64,000 bases of DNA from Octopus sinensis. Taxonomy: Eukaryota. Location: contig NC_043014.1 in NCBI RefSeq assembly GCF_006345805.1, positions 53,196,001-53,260,000 of the forward strand. Reading direction: 5' to 3'. The notes under the pieces were generated by a model. That model worked only from the letters and a program-made list of their open reading frames with translations, searched no databases and was not told the DNA's origin. Numbering within the stretch: position 1 is the stretch's first letter; the number at the start of each line of letters is the position of its first letter. A program made the translations under genes and the position numbers. Shown here in pieces: positions 62,744-64,000 of the stretch.

Positions 62744-62896
62744 CTTTAACCAACCCATATAGAAGAAGAATTGTAATAAAGTGAACACTGGTACATAGAG
62801 GTCGTACCCGTAGCCTTCGTAACCCTTCTCCGGGTCCAGGTATTGACGGGCGACAAGACAAGAGGCGAAAAATGTATACACGGCCAATGTGACCAC
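62744..62896 (-). CDS. BEST: Bestrophin exon (153 nt), transmembrane segments; upstream exons lie beyond the window
   Basis: [51 protein letters not shown]; ttgtag| acceptor, AAG|GTAGGT donor. Confidence 0.97.
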
Positions 62897-63035
62897 CTAC
62901 AATGAAAGAAAATATATAAAATAAATGGGTTGGATTTAAGAAGGAAAAAAAATAAGAAACAAAGAAAACAAGGAAAAGAACGAAAAGAATCTAATCATTG
63001 AACCATGACCGTTCACGTAACAACACAATATAACA

Positions 63036-63545
63036 TCTATATATATAAAACTGTAGTTGTGTGAGTGTCTGTCCCCTTCGATTTAGATTCCTAACTACTC
63101 CCACATTTTGCGGTGCAGTTTAACCAAATTCGGGTATCTTATAGTCGTGATTCATATCGAGCCCGCCTGGGTATTAGCGCGCGTCTACGATGAGTCTACG
63201 ATTTAAAAAAAAATTTAACATCATTTTTTATTCCATTTTAATGCATAATTTTTCGTGTGTCGATGGCGGCGGAGTTGGCGTCCATGGTCACACCTGCACC
63301 TGTTTGCTTCTCCCCCTTCCCTCCCTCGTGAAGCTGTGGGGAAGGGGGTGTAAGGAAATCAACGTCGTAAAGTGTTGTCAAGGAGACCAGCGTTCTTTTA
63401 GAACAACGACTTCATGGCTTGAAGACACCAAAACAGAAATGGCTAAGAAAGCCCGAATTGGCATCTATAAGGGAAGTAACTCTCTAAAAATGCTTATATA
63501 GTTATTTCCCTTACAAACCCGAGCAACGCCGGGCGATACTGCTAG
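63036..63545 (+). mobile_element. Complete non-autonomous Helitron (510 bp)
   Basis: A|TCTATATATATAAAACTG 5' end; 3' hairpin CCCGAGCAACGCCGGG (63518-33) then CTAG|T; inserted between A and T with no TSD. Confidence 0.9.
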
Positions 63546-63681
63546 TTTTACATAAAAAAAAATATATGGATTTTAAGCGTTTCTCCCTTATCTTTCCTTG
63601 ATTCCAAATTTAGTTTTCTCATCCTGCTTCGGGACAGCTGAGAAAGCTGTTATACGTGTTACGTATCTTATAATGCAATGC

Positions 63682-63777
<96 letters not shown>

Positions 63778-64000
63778 GAATTTTTTGCGTAATGAGATAA
63801 AAAAAAGCCAAGGCTGTATAGATATTAGAGCATTTATAGATAGAAGGTCTTACAGCTGTTTCTAGAATATTAATTAATAATAATATCCCTTCATCGGAGA
63901 CAGTGTGAGAGGAAAAATTAAGTCATAGTTAGTTTCGATGTGATACAAAATAAAGAGTGAGGTGGAGGAAAGAAAATGGATGCAAGATATGTATGGGTAT

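Overview
AT-rich, microsatellite-dense animal genomic DNA. The tRNA-derived SINE families and simple-repeat load are typical of an octopus (coleoid cephalopod) genome; this is inference from repeat style, not a database result. Three host genes are supported. (1) A minus-strand spliced gene (ATG 13930 to stop 2530, 6-7 exons, about 637-692 aa) with a TATA/Inr/CCAAT core promoter. It encodes a secreted protein: signal peptide, lysozyme/lytic-transglycosylase-like domain, VWA domain with intact MIDAS, linker domain, three 4-Cys chitin-binding-like repeats. (2) An uninterrupted 789-aa plus-strand orphan ORF (26683-29052). (3) The 3' part of a minus-strand bestrophin gene, with three conserved exons of 153/81/152 nt followed by low-complexity C-terminal exons; one frame-shifting exon is flanked by inverted SINEs. 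The rest is transposon-derived: a Tc1 and a mariner element with TIRs, a hAT MITE, Helitrons (two apparently carrying the same cargo as an inverted duplication), Penelope, Tx1/L1, RTE, R4/Dong and CR1/L2 LINE fragments, pogo, maT and hAT remnants, and many SINEs. Hammerhead-ribozyme motifs are readable in the Penelope 3' region and in a short dispersed repeat. No rRNA, bona fide tRNA or CRISPR array was found. All splice models were read by eye and need RNA-seq confirmation.
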